Positions 11,921 to 25,716 of a stretch of 64,000 nt of DNA are shown here, piece by piece. Both the position numbers and the translations under genes were made by a program. Origin of the DNA: Antedon mediterranea (lineage: Eukaryota; Animalia; Echinodermata); contig NC_092676.1 in assembly GCF_964355755.1 (NCBI RefSeq), positions 5,123,888-5,187,887 on the forward strand, written 5' to 3'. A model generated the notes under the pieces. That model was not told the origin of the DNA and ran no database searches. It was given only the letters and a program-made list of their open reading frames with translations. Within the stretch, counting starts at the first letter, position 1, and each line of letters begins with the position of its first letter.

Positions 11921-12741
11921 ACTCATGCATGAAGGATCATTTATTAGGTCTGACGCATGGCGCTCATATAAGTGGTTAGAAAAAATATAGAGGCCGCTCT
12001 ATGTGACATTCCATCTATCAGGTTTTTTTTCTGTTTCATTTCCTATCCTGGGGAAAATATCATCATCTGTGTTTTTATCGGTGAAATTGCGTACATAAAA
12101 GGCACTACATCCAATATTAATTAAAGTTAACATAGAGGATTCTCTATTTCACGATTATTACACAGAGCACTCTATATAGAGTTATTGAAACGTAGAGAGT
12201 GCTATATATATTTTCAATGTTTTGTTGTCTCGTCCAATGGCCACTGAATAGTGAGTGTATGAACGCTTAGAAAGTAAATGAAATTTTTAATGCAGTTTAA
12301 AAAAACTTTTTTTTAAGAATATAACTTACGGATATGAATATAAAGAAAAGAATAATAACTTGCAACATTCTAATATTATAATAATGTAGTGTAGATGAAT
12401 GAAGATAATCAATAGAGTTCTGCGGTGTGACATCACAACGATAGAGGGCGCTGCATGTTTGCTAGCCAACCAAAAAATGCGTTGAACGCTACTATGTTGA
12501 TAAACTGTATAGATCTGTAAATCTATCAAATTATGTATCTTAGCTTGATTTTTTTTAACTTAAACTGTAGTTGAAGAATAGATTATTAAAAAAAAATATT
12601 TATATCTTTTGAAATTTTAGTTTTTATTAAAACTTATTAGGTTTTAAAATGACTACTTTGAAAAGCTATTCCAAACCATTGGTGACCTGAGAGTCACTCA
12701 GGCAGATTCACCTACTGTCGTGATGTCAGCACCACAGAATT

Positions 12742-13036
12742 CTATACATATCAAATCTTCCCGTCCGGCTCAAAGAACGCTGATTAGTATGGAGCGCTTT
12801 GGAATTAGTTGGTATACACATGCAAGTGGTTAATTGATTTAAGCTGCATAAATATAATATTTAATATATATAATATTGGATTAGATGCTATACATATCAA
12901 ATCTTCCTGTCCGTCTCAAGGAACGCTGATTAGTATGGAGCGCTTTGGAATTAGTTGGTATACACATGCAAGTGGTTAATTGATTTAAGCTGCATAAATA
13001 TAATATTTAATATATATAATATTGGATTAGATGCTA
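12742..13036 (+). repeat. ~146-bp tandem duplication
   Basis: CTATACATATCAAATCTTCC...TGGATTAGATGCTA present twice head-to-tail. Confidence 0.9.
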
Positions 13037-14066
13037 TTAAATCAAGTTTTTTTTTTATTACTTGAAAGTTGGAGGCCAACGAAATAGAAAAATAATAATA
13101 AATGTCTTCCTATAAAGTATGAAGTCATTTTATTACCATGCAATTTTAATTAATAAAGTAAGAAAAAGAAAGTTTTCCCATTGATTTAAAAAAAAAATAT
13201 GTTTTTTGTTTTTTTATTATAATTACCTACTCAGAATTCTAAATACAGAAAAATAGTACACAGTTTGTATTGGTATAATTTAGTGTGTTAGCTGATTCTC
13301 TGTACTGTAGGTATAATTGATCCAGTATCAAGGCAAATTCTGTAATACAGGGCCCATATGTATCACATGTGATGCCCGTATCATAGATCATAAGCCTAAT
13401 ACTATAATACTATACAGTACAGAGAATAGGTTGGCTAGAGTGTACAGTAGATTTTAATTAGACTTCGAAATTTACTTAAATTAATTTGCACCTTTATTAT
13501 TATATCATTATCAATACCCCACTGATTCAAAAATTGTTTCCGGGTCACTATCAGGAGATTCAAATACTGTAATGCCTTGTCTTGAAAAAAACTTGAAAAT
13601 GTGTGTTTTAAACATTCAAAAATTGATCAACAAATATATTTGTTATTGATTTTTATTCTTGACAATCTCTGGCAATAAACTTCGTTATTGTTTTTGTATA
13701 TGTATTTATTAATAAATAGTGCTGCACACACAGAATTCTCTATTTTGTTTATTTGTTATCGTGTAAAATCGGGTGCATTATTTGAAACGCACTTGACCTT
13801 TTATGATGCATTTTCTTTGTTGCGTTAAAATTTCCTTAGATGATTGATCAAATTTCATTATTGATGTATATTTATTGAAGGCAGTATTGGCGCTTCATAG
13901 TACGCCGCCGCCGTGTAGCCTTTCCTCTAAAGAGACGCAACAATGTGGTTGAAAATCGACCTTGCTCAAACTACCAATTTGGTATATTTTGGACACCTCA
14001 CATGCAGGATTCGAATTGAAAAGCAGCACATGAGGAGAGAGCCCAAGAAGAGCCTAGGAAATCAGA

Positions 14067-17000
14067 ATGGATATTTCACCAGAATCTCTATTTAATTCAA
14101 TAGTTGCATTTATATGGTTAGCGTATATATGGGAAACATACCTTTCATTTCGACAGGTAATTATAAAAATAAAATCTTTTTCTGTAGATTTATGTTATTG
14201 TTTAAACATGACGTTCTAGGCGGCGCCAGGCCCAAGAGAAAAAAGTTTCTCTCAGACTCAGCAGCATTAGGGCTTGGTTGGTAGGCCGAGACGGTTCTGA
14301 TCATTCCGGGCGCCAGTCATTTGGGGGCCTACTACAGGTTGAAAATTTAGATCTGCAGTGTATGATCTATAAATAAAAGTATAAAAGACTAGGTCTAAGA
14401 GAGTGTGTGGCTGGGTGTGTCAATCAAATAAATTATTCAATTCATTAATAATAATAATTAATATTTATGATAAATAAATTACTATCTTCTTGAAATAAAT
14501 ATAGGCTATATTGAATCATTTTATAGATAAATGTATACAAAACCGCAACTACAGTTCCTGCGCCGCTTGCGGGGATCCTGAAGAAGGAGACATTTGAGAA
14601 AGCTCGTCTATACCAATTGGATAAAAGCAACTTTGGAATGTGGTCTGGGATATACTCACAAATTGAAACTACTGTAAGCGATCTTGGATTGTGGGCCTGT
14701 AGCTTAGTGGTTAAAATGCTTGCCTTCCAATCCCAAGGTCCGGGGATCAATCCTGACCTAGTGCTAGGGTTAAATGTAACTCTACTCCCTAAGCCTAAAA
14801 TGTGACTTAGTTTAGAAGCACAATAAATTATTTAAACTGTTTTATCCATCCTGCTGTCCTGTAATTACCGAGTTACTTGCTGTTGGATGCATATGGGGGA
14901 AAAAAATGATTTTGTTCGGTCCTACATGTAAATACCAAACGGAAACAAAATAAAAGTTAAATAGTAGCCATATGGCAATACAAAAATTCAGAAAAACAAT
15001 TTTAAATGTTAAAAAATAAAAATTACAGGTGCTTTGAATAATTAACAACAATTTAGGATGAACATATATTCCATAATAACTTTTTTTTAAATGTATTATT
15101 TATTTCAATTGATTAACTTAAAAATGTCATCATAAAAGATCAGGTGGCCTATGTTTATATTAAACAGAAATATATATTTAATTTTGTCTTTATGTATAAA
15201 TGTGAACATATTCTATGATAAACTAATATTAACTTTTTTTGTGTAAAGGATGTAATAAAATAAACTATTTTTAATCCCTTTCTTTGTAAACACCCAGCTG
15301 ATTCTAGTGCTTGGTGGCATTCCTTGGTTGTGGAACACTGCCGGCAACGTTACTGCCCGTGTTGGATATTCACCAGAGTATGAGGTAAAACAATATGAAT
15401 GATAGTGTAATGTTAAAAAAAAAAATTAAATACAATTTTATTGTCTAATATTCATAAAAAAAAATAAAAATTTGATGTTTGACATACTATACTAAACACA
15501 AAAAAGCACAAAAAATATAAAAATAATAAAATATTTCTATCTATTGCACATCTTGTTAATTGTATGTTATAATTGAGCTGGGAACAAAAATTATGATACA
15601 TAGTAGTTCTAGATAGGATACTAATGTACAATTTATTAAAATATTAAACAAGTTAGCTCATAGAGATGGAAAAGCATTTATGATCTCCCACAAGAGGAGG
15701 TTCTCGATACTATGACTATATAAGTACTTTCCCACTCTTTTAATAGCGCCCTCTAGCCTATTGTATACTATTTAATACATATACATTTAGCTATACAACT
15801 TTATGATAAAACTAATTTTTTTTCAGATTACTCAAACGTGTATGTTTTTATTACTGGCGTCTGTATACTCCACATTTACCAGTCTCCCATGGTCTGTGTA
15901 CAGTACGTTTGTAATAGAGGAACGCCATGGATTTAATAAACAAGTAATATTTTTTTTTTTAATAAATGACACAAAAGAACTATTCATACACATATTTATT
16001 TAGTAACTTAACAATAATAACTGTGGCCCCCACTAGAAGCAATAGCTTGTCTCATGAAGGCACCTACAGTACAATACAAATATGCAAAATACTTAAAGAA
16101 ATATCTTCATCTTCTCTTCTCTTTTGTTATGACTGTAGTGATAGAAATGTTCTTCAGAAGAAAAACCCTTAGTGCTTTACTTACTGTACAAATACATTGT
16201 ATCTGTATGAGGCTACTTCCGAGTTTATAAACAAAAAGATACATATACCTAGATGCAGATACATTTTCAAAAATATTTATAATACAAATAGTGCCACCTG
16301 CATCATCACCAGAATCTATTCATATCGTCCCGGGAATATACCCAGGCATTACAGTATAACAGAAGAAATGGTATTTATTGATATATGCTGGTAATGTTAC
16401 TAGATCTTGATTGAACAGGTCTAGTTGATGCTGGTATGGCCTTTGTTAAACAGAGCCTTTGATACATTGTTTAAGCTTTATATATATCTTTAATATTGTT
16501 GTTATTGTTTTATTAATAGGGAGGTTTCGCAACCTTACGAATACGATAACGAAAACAGATACGTCATACATTTGTGAAACTTTTGAGCTGATCCCCATTT
16601 CATATTCGTAAGGCGTATTCGTGATGTTACGCTAGGCCTAGGCAGCCAAGCACCACCAAGCAACACGTACCTGCGCTTCGCTCAAATTTACTGCAGTCAT
16701 ATTTTGGACGCGCCTCAATATTTCGTTGCCATGCGAAACAGATTTTTTTATGGCTTACGAAAACGAATACGTGTGCGTGACGTATCCGTTTTCGTTATCG
16801 TATTCATAAGATTGCGAAACCTCTCTATTGTTATTATTTAAAAATGATTAATTTACCTATTATTAATATAAATATATTGTGATTTTAGACACCAGGTTTT
16901 TATGCCAAAGATCAGGTAAAGAAGTTTGTGTTGATGCAGGCGATCAGCATCCCACTGATTGCTTGCTTAATCTACATCATCAAATGGGGAGGTGAATATT

Positions 17001-20000
17001 TTTTCGTCTATGTCTGGATATTCATAGTTATTTTTACTTTGGTAAGTAAACACTTGTTTGTTGATGAGCTATTGTGAATGGTTAAATTTGAATATATTGT
17101 ATTGGTTGTTGTTTTTCATGTCTTAATTGACACATAATTGATTTACCGTAGGAAGGTAATTTAGGAAACGCTATTAATCTTGATTAAATAAAAAATCTAC
17201 TTGTTTAATTAACAATCATGCTGCAACCAACTTGCCCAAAACTGGATTCCAAACTACTGCAGTAGAATAATTTTTTATCGGATAAAAAAGATCATTTGTA
17301 TAGCAATGTGAATCTTGTGTTTCATGCATATTGCAGTAGTGCAACGCAATTCTACAGCTCACTATGACCGTGTTCGTACGGCGATTGAAATACACGTTTA
17401 TTTGGTTTTTACCCTTGGGGTAAAACCCATACGACGTTCGTACGAATAAACAAAGTACCAGTAAGCTGACACGAAACCAATTAAGATCGGAATTCTTAGG
17501 TCAAAAAGCGCCCTCTGTGCGTCGACCCATATCAATTGACATGGCGTGTTGACAAATTCAACTGGATATTGCATGTCGTTTCGCGCGCGAATCGTTCAAT
17601 TATTATTTTTCAATCGACAACCAGACCTATATATTTATAATACATCGAATACAATTTACTTTTTAAATAAATAATGATCGAAAATCCTGCTAACGTATGT
17701 TGTTTGTTGACCACGTGTATTTATCGTGCGAGCCGAACTATTGTTGTGGAAATTCCATTTAATGTACACGCACTGTACCCCTCTTGTAAAAATCACCACG
17801 TGTATTTATCGTGCGAGCCGAACTATTGTTGTGGAAATTCCATTTAATGTACACGCACTGTACCCCTCTTGTAAAAATCACCACGTGTATTTATCGTGCG
17901 AGCCGAACTATTGTTGTGAAAATTCCATTTAATGTACACGCACTGTACCCCTCTTGTAAAAATCACCACGTGTATTCATCGTGCGAGCCGAACTATTGTT
18001 GTAAAAATTCCATTTAATGTACACGCACTGTACCCCGATTCGCAAGTTCAGGTCACCGGAAAAAAACCAACGAGTTGATTATTTATATATAATTTTACAA
18101 AACAATAGATATACATTCGCATTAACGAAAAAGAACATTTTAAACAATAATTGTTAAACAATCAGAAAGCTTATTTGAGGTCGCGATTTGACATGATCCC
18201 GTTAACGCTTGATTAATTATACCCCGAGGCAGCGTGTAATTGGAATGGGATTGAAATAACCAGTAAAGTTGGTGGATTTTTCGTCCAGATGGTTTTCTAA
18301 TTTTTTATAGCCAGAGGCGTAAGTTAATTGCCACACGCGACCTCACAGTTGGAAGTACACGGTAGTTTCAGTCCCGTCCGAACGGGCCCTATGTTTGTTG
18401 GTAGGTAAACACTAACTTGAGAACGCGACTGCAGCCATGTATATGGCCTTGTTCCTATAAATTCCAGACATCCTTGGGTCGAGTTGTTGCAAATGTTTTG
18501 TAACCTATAGCCATAAATTTGCATCATATATTTGAAGTTTCCATAGTTCAGTTGGTACAACAAGTCATCTTGGATGACTTAAAACTGGAGGTCTAGTGTG
18601 ATTCGTGAAAAGTAGAGGGTTACTCACTGTACCTCGTGTTTTGGTTCAATTTAGCCCTGTAGGTGTTTCAGTAATTCTGGAGTCTTACTGTTCGTATTAC
18701 CCACATCACCAAATATCTAACTTTCAGATAATAAAACAACACTTGTTGAACATAATTTACAATTTTTAAATTCAGGTTTTCATGACCGTATACGCAGACT
18801 ACATCGCTCCGTTATTTGATAAATATACGCCTCTGCCTGAAGGGGAATTACGATGTAAAATTGAAGAGCTTGCCAAGAGCATTGACTTTCCACTGTATAA
18901 GCTGTATGTAGTTGAAGGTAATATCTTCTCTTATTGAGGGCTACTCATTGTTAGATACTGCACGTCTTGCTGTGTTCGCCAAACTCTGCGTTTTTTAGCA
19001 AATATGTGCATGTGAAAGTTTAGTTTTTTACTGATTGTTTGCAATCCATATTTTTCAATCCTCCTTGTGGTTTTTTTATTTTTTAAGGTAATAATAATAA
19101 TTAATATAATATTATAATAATAACATTTAATATTCAGTTTTGTGATATTGCCAATAATAAAAAAATGGAAATTGATTTAATATATTTAAAAGAAAATAAC
19201 TCATAAAATAAACACAGTACTGTACAGTTTAAATTATAAAAAAACTTTATTGTTGATAAAACGAGAAAAAATAAAAAATAAGACTGTAGCATTTCTTGAT
19301 AATTCACATATAAGGAACGTTCTCGCGTAATCTTTACATGATGTGCAATGTCGACAGGAAAACAGGCTATGTCATGTATCGGCCATATTCCATTGTCCCT
19401 TATCATGACTTGCTTATATACAATGTATAGTCAAAAGAACTTATAACACAAGAATCTCCTGTTCGTCCGAAGCGTGTAACAATTTCGAAAGGCATTGTGG
19501 GATAGAATAGAGCTAATGGGTGGTGCCATTGTGAGCCGTGTAGTAGCAGCGCGCCCTCATCAAATTAGAAAGTCAAAATCTGTAGAGGGGATCTGCTGTT
19601 TTATAGGGGGATCGAATAATTGACTGAGCCCTCTATAGGAATTAATAGTTTTGACTTCATAGTTGGAGAGGGTGCTGCTCCATGCTGTGAAATGGCGTCG
19701 ACCTTTTAACCCTGAACTTCCGACACTGTGTTTTGATTGCAAATTGAAGAACAGGAGATCTTTGTGTTTTATAAGTTCTTTGGTGTAGTTCATGTATATG
19801 GTTTAACTGTCCCTTGTGTTTTTTATTTATTATCTTTTAGGTTCCAAGAGGTCGTCTCATAGCAATGCTTACTTCTATGGATTCTACAAGAATAAACGAA
19901 TTGTGTTATTTGACACACTGTTAGAAAATTACGAACCAAGTGATAAGAAACAAGAGGAAGCAGAAAAGGAAGAAGAAAAAAAGACGGATGAGGAAAAGGA

Positions 20001-22332
20001 ATTATTAGAAGAAAAAGTAAGATTCCAAATCTTCGTATTGAGTATTTTGATCATGTTACAGAGTTTTATCTACAGTACTTGAATGTCTATTTTTATTTAT
20101 TTATGTATTGTGGCCAAGGATTACCAATAGTAAAGTAATCCGATAATAATTAGGCCTATGTATATAATTTAAAATACTTTTTATTTATATTTTTTATATT
20201 ATGATTTAAACTTAGCTTTGGAATTTTGATACAGTATATTATATTTTAAGATGGTATAATCATTGCTTGTGAAACTGGGTGAGTGGGGAACACAGGCTTT
20301 AAGTCATAGTGATTAGGTTCGCTTTTGTGTCCCTTGCCAGCTCACTCAGTTGGTTCTATTGTTTTTTTGTATGTCGTGTTTTTCATGTATTTTATATTTG
20401 GCAATAAAAGAATAAGAATAAGAATAATCACTGTCCTCTCAGATAGGTGGTAATCCCCCTGAACATGGCTATTTTGTGAACCAGTTCTCACCAGTTTAAA
20501 CCTATATTCATCTCAAATAATACTCACTTAAGCTCTGTCTACACTATCAAAAAAAGTGTGATTTGCCCAAATTATGGTTAGTGATATGCCCAAATAGGGT
20601 AGTGATATGCCCAAATATGGTAATGATATGACATCATCGTGTCCATATATGTTGAGCACATCAATTTTTGTTGTCACATTAAGTTTGGTAGTGTAGATAG
20701 AGCTTTAGATTGAAAAGTTAATCAAGTATAAAATGAAACTCTTGTATTTTTGTTAGAATTCTAGTGAGGATAAACCGCGGGGCAAAGGATGCAACAACGA
20801 GGAAGTGCTTGCTGTTTTGGCCCACGAGCTCGGACATTGGAAACTTAATCATACTCTTAAAAATATCCTGATATTTCAGGTATGGTGTTGTTTGTGTTCC
20901 CTTGTGTGAAGTGCTGATTGTTTGTATTTACTGTTGGTTGGGAAATATTTTTGAATCCTCTAATTCTTTGTAAATATTGCCATAGCAATCTAAGAACAGC
21001 ATGCCAAGTTCCAGAGATCAAAGAGTTTATCTGTGGCTGCGACACGATCAGTTCCACACCCCTTAACAGACATCACAACCTGTAAGCTTGTCAATTAAAA
21101 ATAATCAACCCATTCAATGTACATTATGTAGCGAGAAAACCAACTATTTTACACTCTGATTTATAAATGAATGGGGGGGAATATGCTTAAGTGAAACAGG
21201 ACTAAAATACTAGAGTGGGCTTGTAACTGGGCCTACATGTATACTTGCCTCAGTATTGTAACTGGTTTTGTTCTATAACTCCTTAGGTCAACACATTCCT
21301 AAACTTTTTTATATTTGGTCTCCTGATGGACAAACAAGTTCTCTACGATGCTTTTGGATTCTACAACATCAGTCCAACTTTTATTGGCTTAATGATAATT
21401 TTTCAGTTCATTTTTCATCCGTACAATGAGGTGAGTTAGGGAAGGTGACCTCCAATTTCTTTATATCATATAAATTATTACTGTAGTATAGTTACAAGTA
21501 AATACAATTTGAATTGTCGTGTCGAAGTTAATTCTGATTCTTCCAATACCGGACACCCATTGGCTGGAATAATATGTCTGGTTTTCATAAATTTCTATAT
21601 TTGAACATATTTGAAATGATTAAAACAAATTTGGACGTTTAGGACCTCCATGTATGATACCCTACCTTCTCTATTGTATATACAGGTACTGTTTATAGAG
21701 TATAAATAAGTGTGCTCAGAAAAGATTGCTTTCTCATGATACCTTGCTTTCCCATGATACCTTACTCTCCCCATAATACCTTGCTTTCCCATGATACATT
21801 GCTTTCCCATGATACATTGCTTTCCCATGATGCCTTGCTTTCCAATGATACCTTGCTTTCCCATAATACCTTGCTCTCCCCATAATACCTTGCTTTCCCA
21901 TAATGCCTTGCTTTCCCACGATACCTTGCTTTTCCATAATACCTTACTCTCCCCATAATACCTTGATTTCCCATAATGCCTTACTCTCCCCATAATACCT
22001 TACTCTCCCCCATAATACCTTGCTTTCCCACAATGCCTTGCTTTCCCACAATGCCTTGCTTTCCCATGGTACCTTACTTTCCCATAATAAACCTATCATT
22101 CTTTTCTCTATAGTTACTGAGTTTCTTGATGACGAGGCTTAGCAGAAGATTTGAATTCCAAGCGGATGCTTTCGCCAAGGCACTAAAGAGGACAGAATTC
22201 CTGAAATCGGCTTTAGTGAAACTGAACGTGGACAACCTCGGTTTTCCAGTTGATGACTGGCTCTACTCATCCTGGCATTACTCTCATCCGCCGCTCCTCG
22301 AACGGCTAAAGGCATTGGGAAAGACAGAGTAG
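14067..22332 (+). CDS. ZMPSTE24: CAAX prenyl protease 1 (peptidase M48A)
   Basis: Exons 14067-14156, 14527-14673 ([16 protein letters not shown]), 15298-15384, 15827-15943 ([15 protein letters not shown]), 16889-17041, 18776-18917 ([18 protein letters not shown]), 19841-20016 ([28 protein letters not shown]), 20757-20879 ([14 protein letters not shown], the HExxH motif), 21287-21430 and 22114-22332 ([12 protein letters not shown]...[11 protein letters not shown]). All GT-AG. Confidence 0.97.
14693..14766 (+). pseudogene. Degenerate tRNA-like sequence or tRNA-derived SINE head
   Basis: Box A-like TAGCTTAGTGGTT, anticodon-like loop CTTCCAA and box B-like GGATCAATCC; acceptor stem poorly paired. 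A weaker relative lies near 2500-2560. Confidence 0.45.
16515..16829. mobile_element. MITE with ~55-bp TIRs
   Basis: AATAGGGAGGTTTCGCAACCTTACGAATACGATAACGAAAAC... and ...GTTTTCGTTATCGTATTCATAAGATTGCGAAACCTCTCTATT. Confidence 0.85.
17313..18596 (+). mobile_element. Non-autonomous Helitron
   Basis: 3' end: hairpin AAGTCATC-TTG-GATGACTT (18562-18580), a 12-nt spacer, then CTAG|T. The 5' A|TC at 17313 is tentative. Internal 85-bp tandem repeat. Confidence 0.65.
17710..18036 (+). repeat. 85-bp tandem repeat x ~3.8
   Basis: ACCACGTGTATTTATCGTGCGAGCCGAACTATTGTTGTGGAAATTCCATTTAATGTACACGCACTGTACCCC units. Confidence 0.95.
20530..20706. mobile_element. Harbinger-like MITE (AGCTCTGTCTACACT family)
   Basis: TAAGCTCTGTCTACACTATCAAA...TTTGGTAGTGTAGATAGAGCTTTA. 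Confidence 0.8.
21727..22088 (+). repeat. 18/21-bp minisatellite (CCATRATACCTTGCTTTC)
   Basis: About 19 units ending ~25 nt upstream of the last ZMPSTE24 acceptor. Confidence 0.93.
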
Positions 22333-22768
22333 CTTTATTTGCATACTGCTTCTGTTCTGTATTGTATGTAGGTGGCGATGAAAGTGTGCAGAAATAATTT
22401 ATACCTATTTTTTTTCAAGACTGGGGGTGTACTGGATTCACACACTCGGTTTTTCCCATTGCAAGTAAAAAAAAATCACTCCTTTTCAGCATTTAAACAG
22501 GGATTAAAAGATTACTGTAGAGCACATCTGCTCCAACAATTAGTCTTAATTTCTGTTTGTATAATATATCGTCCAGTAGAAGTTTGCTTGTGAAGTTGAA
22601 TTGGTTCAACCTCTCAGATATCGCACATGCTATTTAAAATCAGCCTTGTTTTTTTAAAGCAGCATTTAATAAAGAAAGCAACGCATATCTTTCAATAAGT
22701 TTAAATGTACAATAATACTTAATCGAAATTGATTCTGTTTTTCCGATTCTTGTTTTCGTTTACCTTGA

Positions 22769-23114
22769 AGATGTATTGTCCCCCAAAAACATGAAAACGA
22801 AAATTAATTAAATAAGACTTTTAATAGGTTATTTTGTAGTTTTAATAAAGTTAATCACTTCAGTAGAAAAAAAAAATGGGGAAAAACAATGTTTCACTTT
22901 TAAAATGACAAAATAAGTGGTTAAATACAACAAAAAATCCATTGGCTGACAGCCAATTTGACTATTTTTGCTTTAAATTACAGTTTTTTTCAGATAAATA
23001 ATTTTTTTTTCGATCCAATTTTTGGTCAAAATGGATAACTATTATGTGACATTAAAATGGCATATTCAATCGAACATTTTGAAAAAAATATATTTTCAGG
23101 GGGACAATACATCT
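22769..23114. mobile_element. Kolobok-like MITE, copy 2
   Basis: TTGA|AGATGTATTGTCCCC...GGGGACAATACATCT|TTAA; internal sequence homologous to 445-792. Confidence 0.8.
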
Positions 23115-25716
23115 TTAAACAACATTAGCAGTTTGTTATGGCTCAAACATCTAGCGATTGGTCGAAGGTGTGACAATGTGTAGATTCTACTATTTCAATA
23201 CATTGGAAAATTAGTCTAGGATAGTATATGTGCCATCTATAATTCCTAAATGCAGCCTTTTACGTGGCCTGAGCTCTTTAATACAAGATAAAAGCAGTGG
23301 ATAAATTGAATAAAAGGTTACTTTACACAGTAGATGTGTTTAAATGATTAATATATATTTCAAAGGCACCTCTGGCGCGCCATAGTTTTAACCAGGAATG
23401 CTCAAGGCATAGCATATTTGAATATTAATAGGATAACAAATCTTCTACAGTTGCCCTTTGATATCTTCTTCATTATTAGTACATAAACTAATTTTGTTTA
23501 TTGTTAATACAGTAGGCCTACAGTAACTGGAACTCTTTAAAACTGAATTTGTTTTTTAGTTTCCATGTGATAACTTCATCAGTCATAAAACATATTCTAG
23601 GCCCTATTTTTCTTTTCAATACAGTGCAGTATTAATTGTTTATTCTTTAACAATTCTTACATTCGGCATAAAAAAATATTTTAGATTATAAGTTTTTTAT
23701 AATGGACCAATAAATAAAATATCTTGTTATATGCGGGCATAGTGGTGTGTATTGCGCCCATAGGAACACTTTTTAGTGTACTGATCGTTTATCAGGCTAT
23801 AAAAGCAGCATAATTGTTGTTTAATGTTTATTTTGACTTTCGTGTCACGTCACAGTGAACCACTTTCAGGAAAACCCAGGCGCCGACACAGATGCCATAT
23901 CTGATTGGCTGAAGCCATTTCGTAAAAGAACGTTTATTTGAGTTTGATATCTAGCATTAATATGTTTACAAGATATCGGACACAGACAAACAAGTGATGA
24001 TGAAACAATCATTTATTTCCAATGTTGGTGGTGTACAATTTAACCCTATACTTTACAAATTGCATTTTGATACACAAATATCAAAATAAAAAATTGTAAT
24101 ATATAAGAGTAAGTTGAAAGTGTGTTGAAAAAATCAATGGTAACACCAAATAAATAAATAGAAATAACCTTATTATCTAAAAATAGTAAATATTATACTT
24201 TTAATACGCACAGCATGAAATGTTTTAAGGAACCATGTCAAAATTATTCTACTGGAGTAACTACATTTTATTTAATCTTTTACCTTACAATTAACAAGCT
24301 TCTTTCTTTTGGTTAATCATACACACTAACATTCTACTGCAGTTACTGCAAAAAAACTACTTTTTCTCATTAACCCGTTTATGCAATATTTTTTAATTCT
24401 TTTTATGGTAATCGTACACTATTAACTATAATGCCTCATAAACGGCTACATTGAAACCAACTAAACTCATACTGATAGTGAAGTGAAAAAAATGTAACTG
24501 CAGTTGACATGATCCCTAACACAATATTACAGGGGAAAAAAAAGGAAACACTATACTCATTCAAATACATTATTACTACTACTATTAGTACTATATACAA
24601 TATTGTCAGTCAAAACGGTCACAACTATAAATTAGCTGTAGCTTATACAGACAGAGAATGGGTGTCTGTATACCCATTCTACATTTTTCTAAACAACAGT
24701 TATCTAATTCAGTCATTTCTAGTTGACAGGACTGACACTTTTAGATATTATGCACTTATACACATTACCAAATTACAGTAGGACACGCGTCTTTAAGGAA
24801 CACCTCCAGGACCCAACAAAATAGGTTTGTCGTCCCCTGATTAGAGGTTAGGTTATATTAAAACATAACATATTTCCCCTTTTACAAGCAAACCTGAATA
24901 AGGGGGTTTTTACGTAGTGTATACTTAATAAAACCAAAGCAAAATCAAAAATGTTTCTTCTTTCTGTTAAATAATTCTAATAGTCTTGCTCTTTCTTTTT
25001 CCCACTCCATTTTCCAGAGAATGTTGAAGTGGACAACTGATAGAGCAAGCAAGCAAAAAAGAATCGGACCTCGAAAGTCAAAATAAGAAATCTTTTGCTT
25101 AGTTTTGTGCCCTTTATAAGTCTGTTTTCCGCTACATATTTTCCATCTACTTTTTAGGGATGTGGAAAACATGTGTAACCAATCAGAACTTGGGATAGGT
25201 TCCAGAAGAAAACAGCTTTGTTGGCAAACAGATAATCTGTATAGTGCATAATCATGATGAGTCATCCTGGCAACCACATTTCAATTCTGACAATCTAATT
25301 TCTAATATTATATTGAAGATAATATAATAATAATAGTTAAAGTTACATACAGTCCTTGGAGAAAAAAATCTAACACTCCATAATATTCATTGAAAATGTT
25401 TCATATTTGGCTTAGAAGATATTTCAATAATAAAAATCTATTAATTTCTGAATAATATTGTTTGGAATTTACTCTTGGAGAAAAAAGAGAAAAAGTTACT
25501 ACTATATAATTTTCATTGGAGTAGTCATATTTCATACATTCTAGTATTACTTTCTAAATTACGTGAAGTTATTTACTTTTATATACGATAACAAATTAGT
25601 CTTAATTTTCATGAAAAAGATATATTGGCCCAGTTTTGTTTGCAGGTAACAGTTATACATCGCTTTAGGTTTAGACACAATTGCTAAATAGTCACATGGC
25701 ACATCATGAAAGGTTT

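Noticed and set aside
14693-14766. Functional tRNA-Gly(TCC)
   Set aside because: The acceptor and anticodon stems do not pair properly and the T-loop is non-canonical; kept only as a tRNA-like relic.
19930-20790. Highly charged insertion in ZMPSTE24 ([16 protein letters not shown]...)
   Set aside because: Corresponds to the known variable loop before the HExxH helix in animal ZMPSTE24; not novel.
21595-21993. Collagen-like GKQGIM repeat ORFs on the minus strand
   Set aside because: By-product of an 18/21-bp minisatellite in a ZMPSTE24 intron; open in all three frames.
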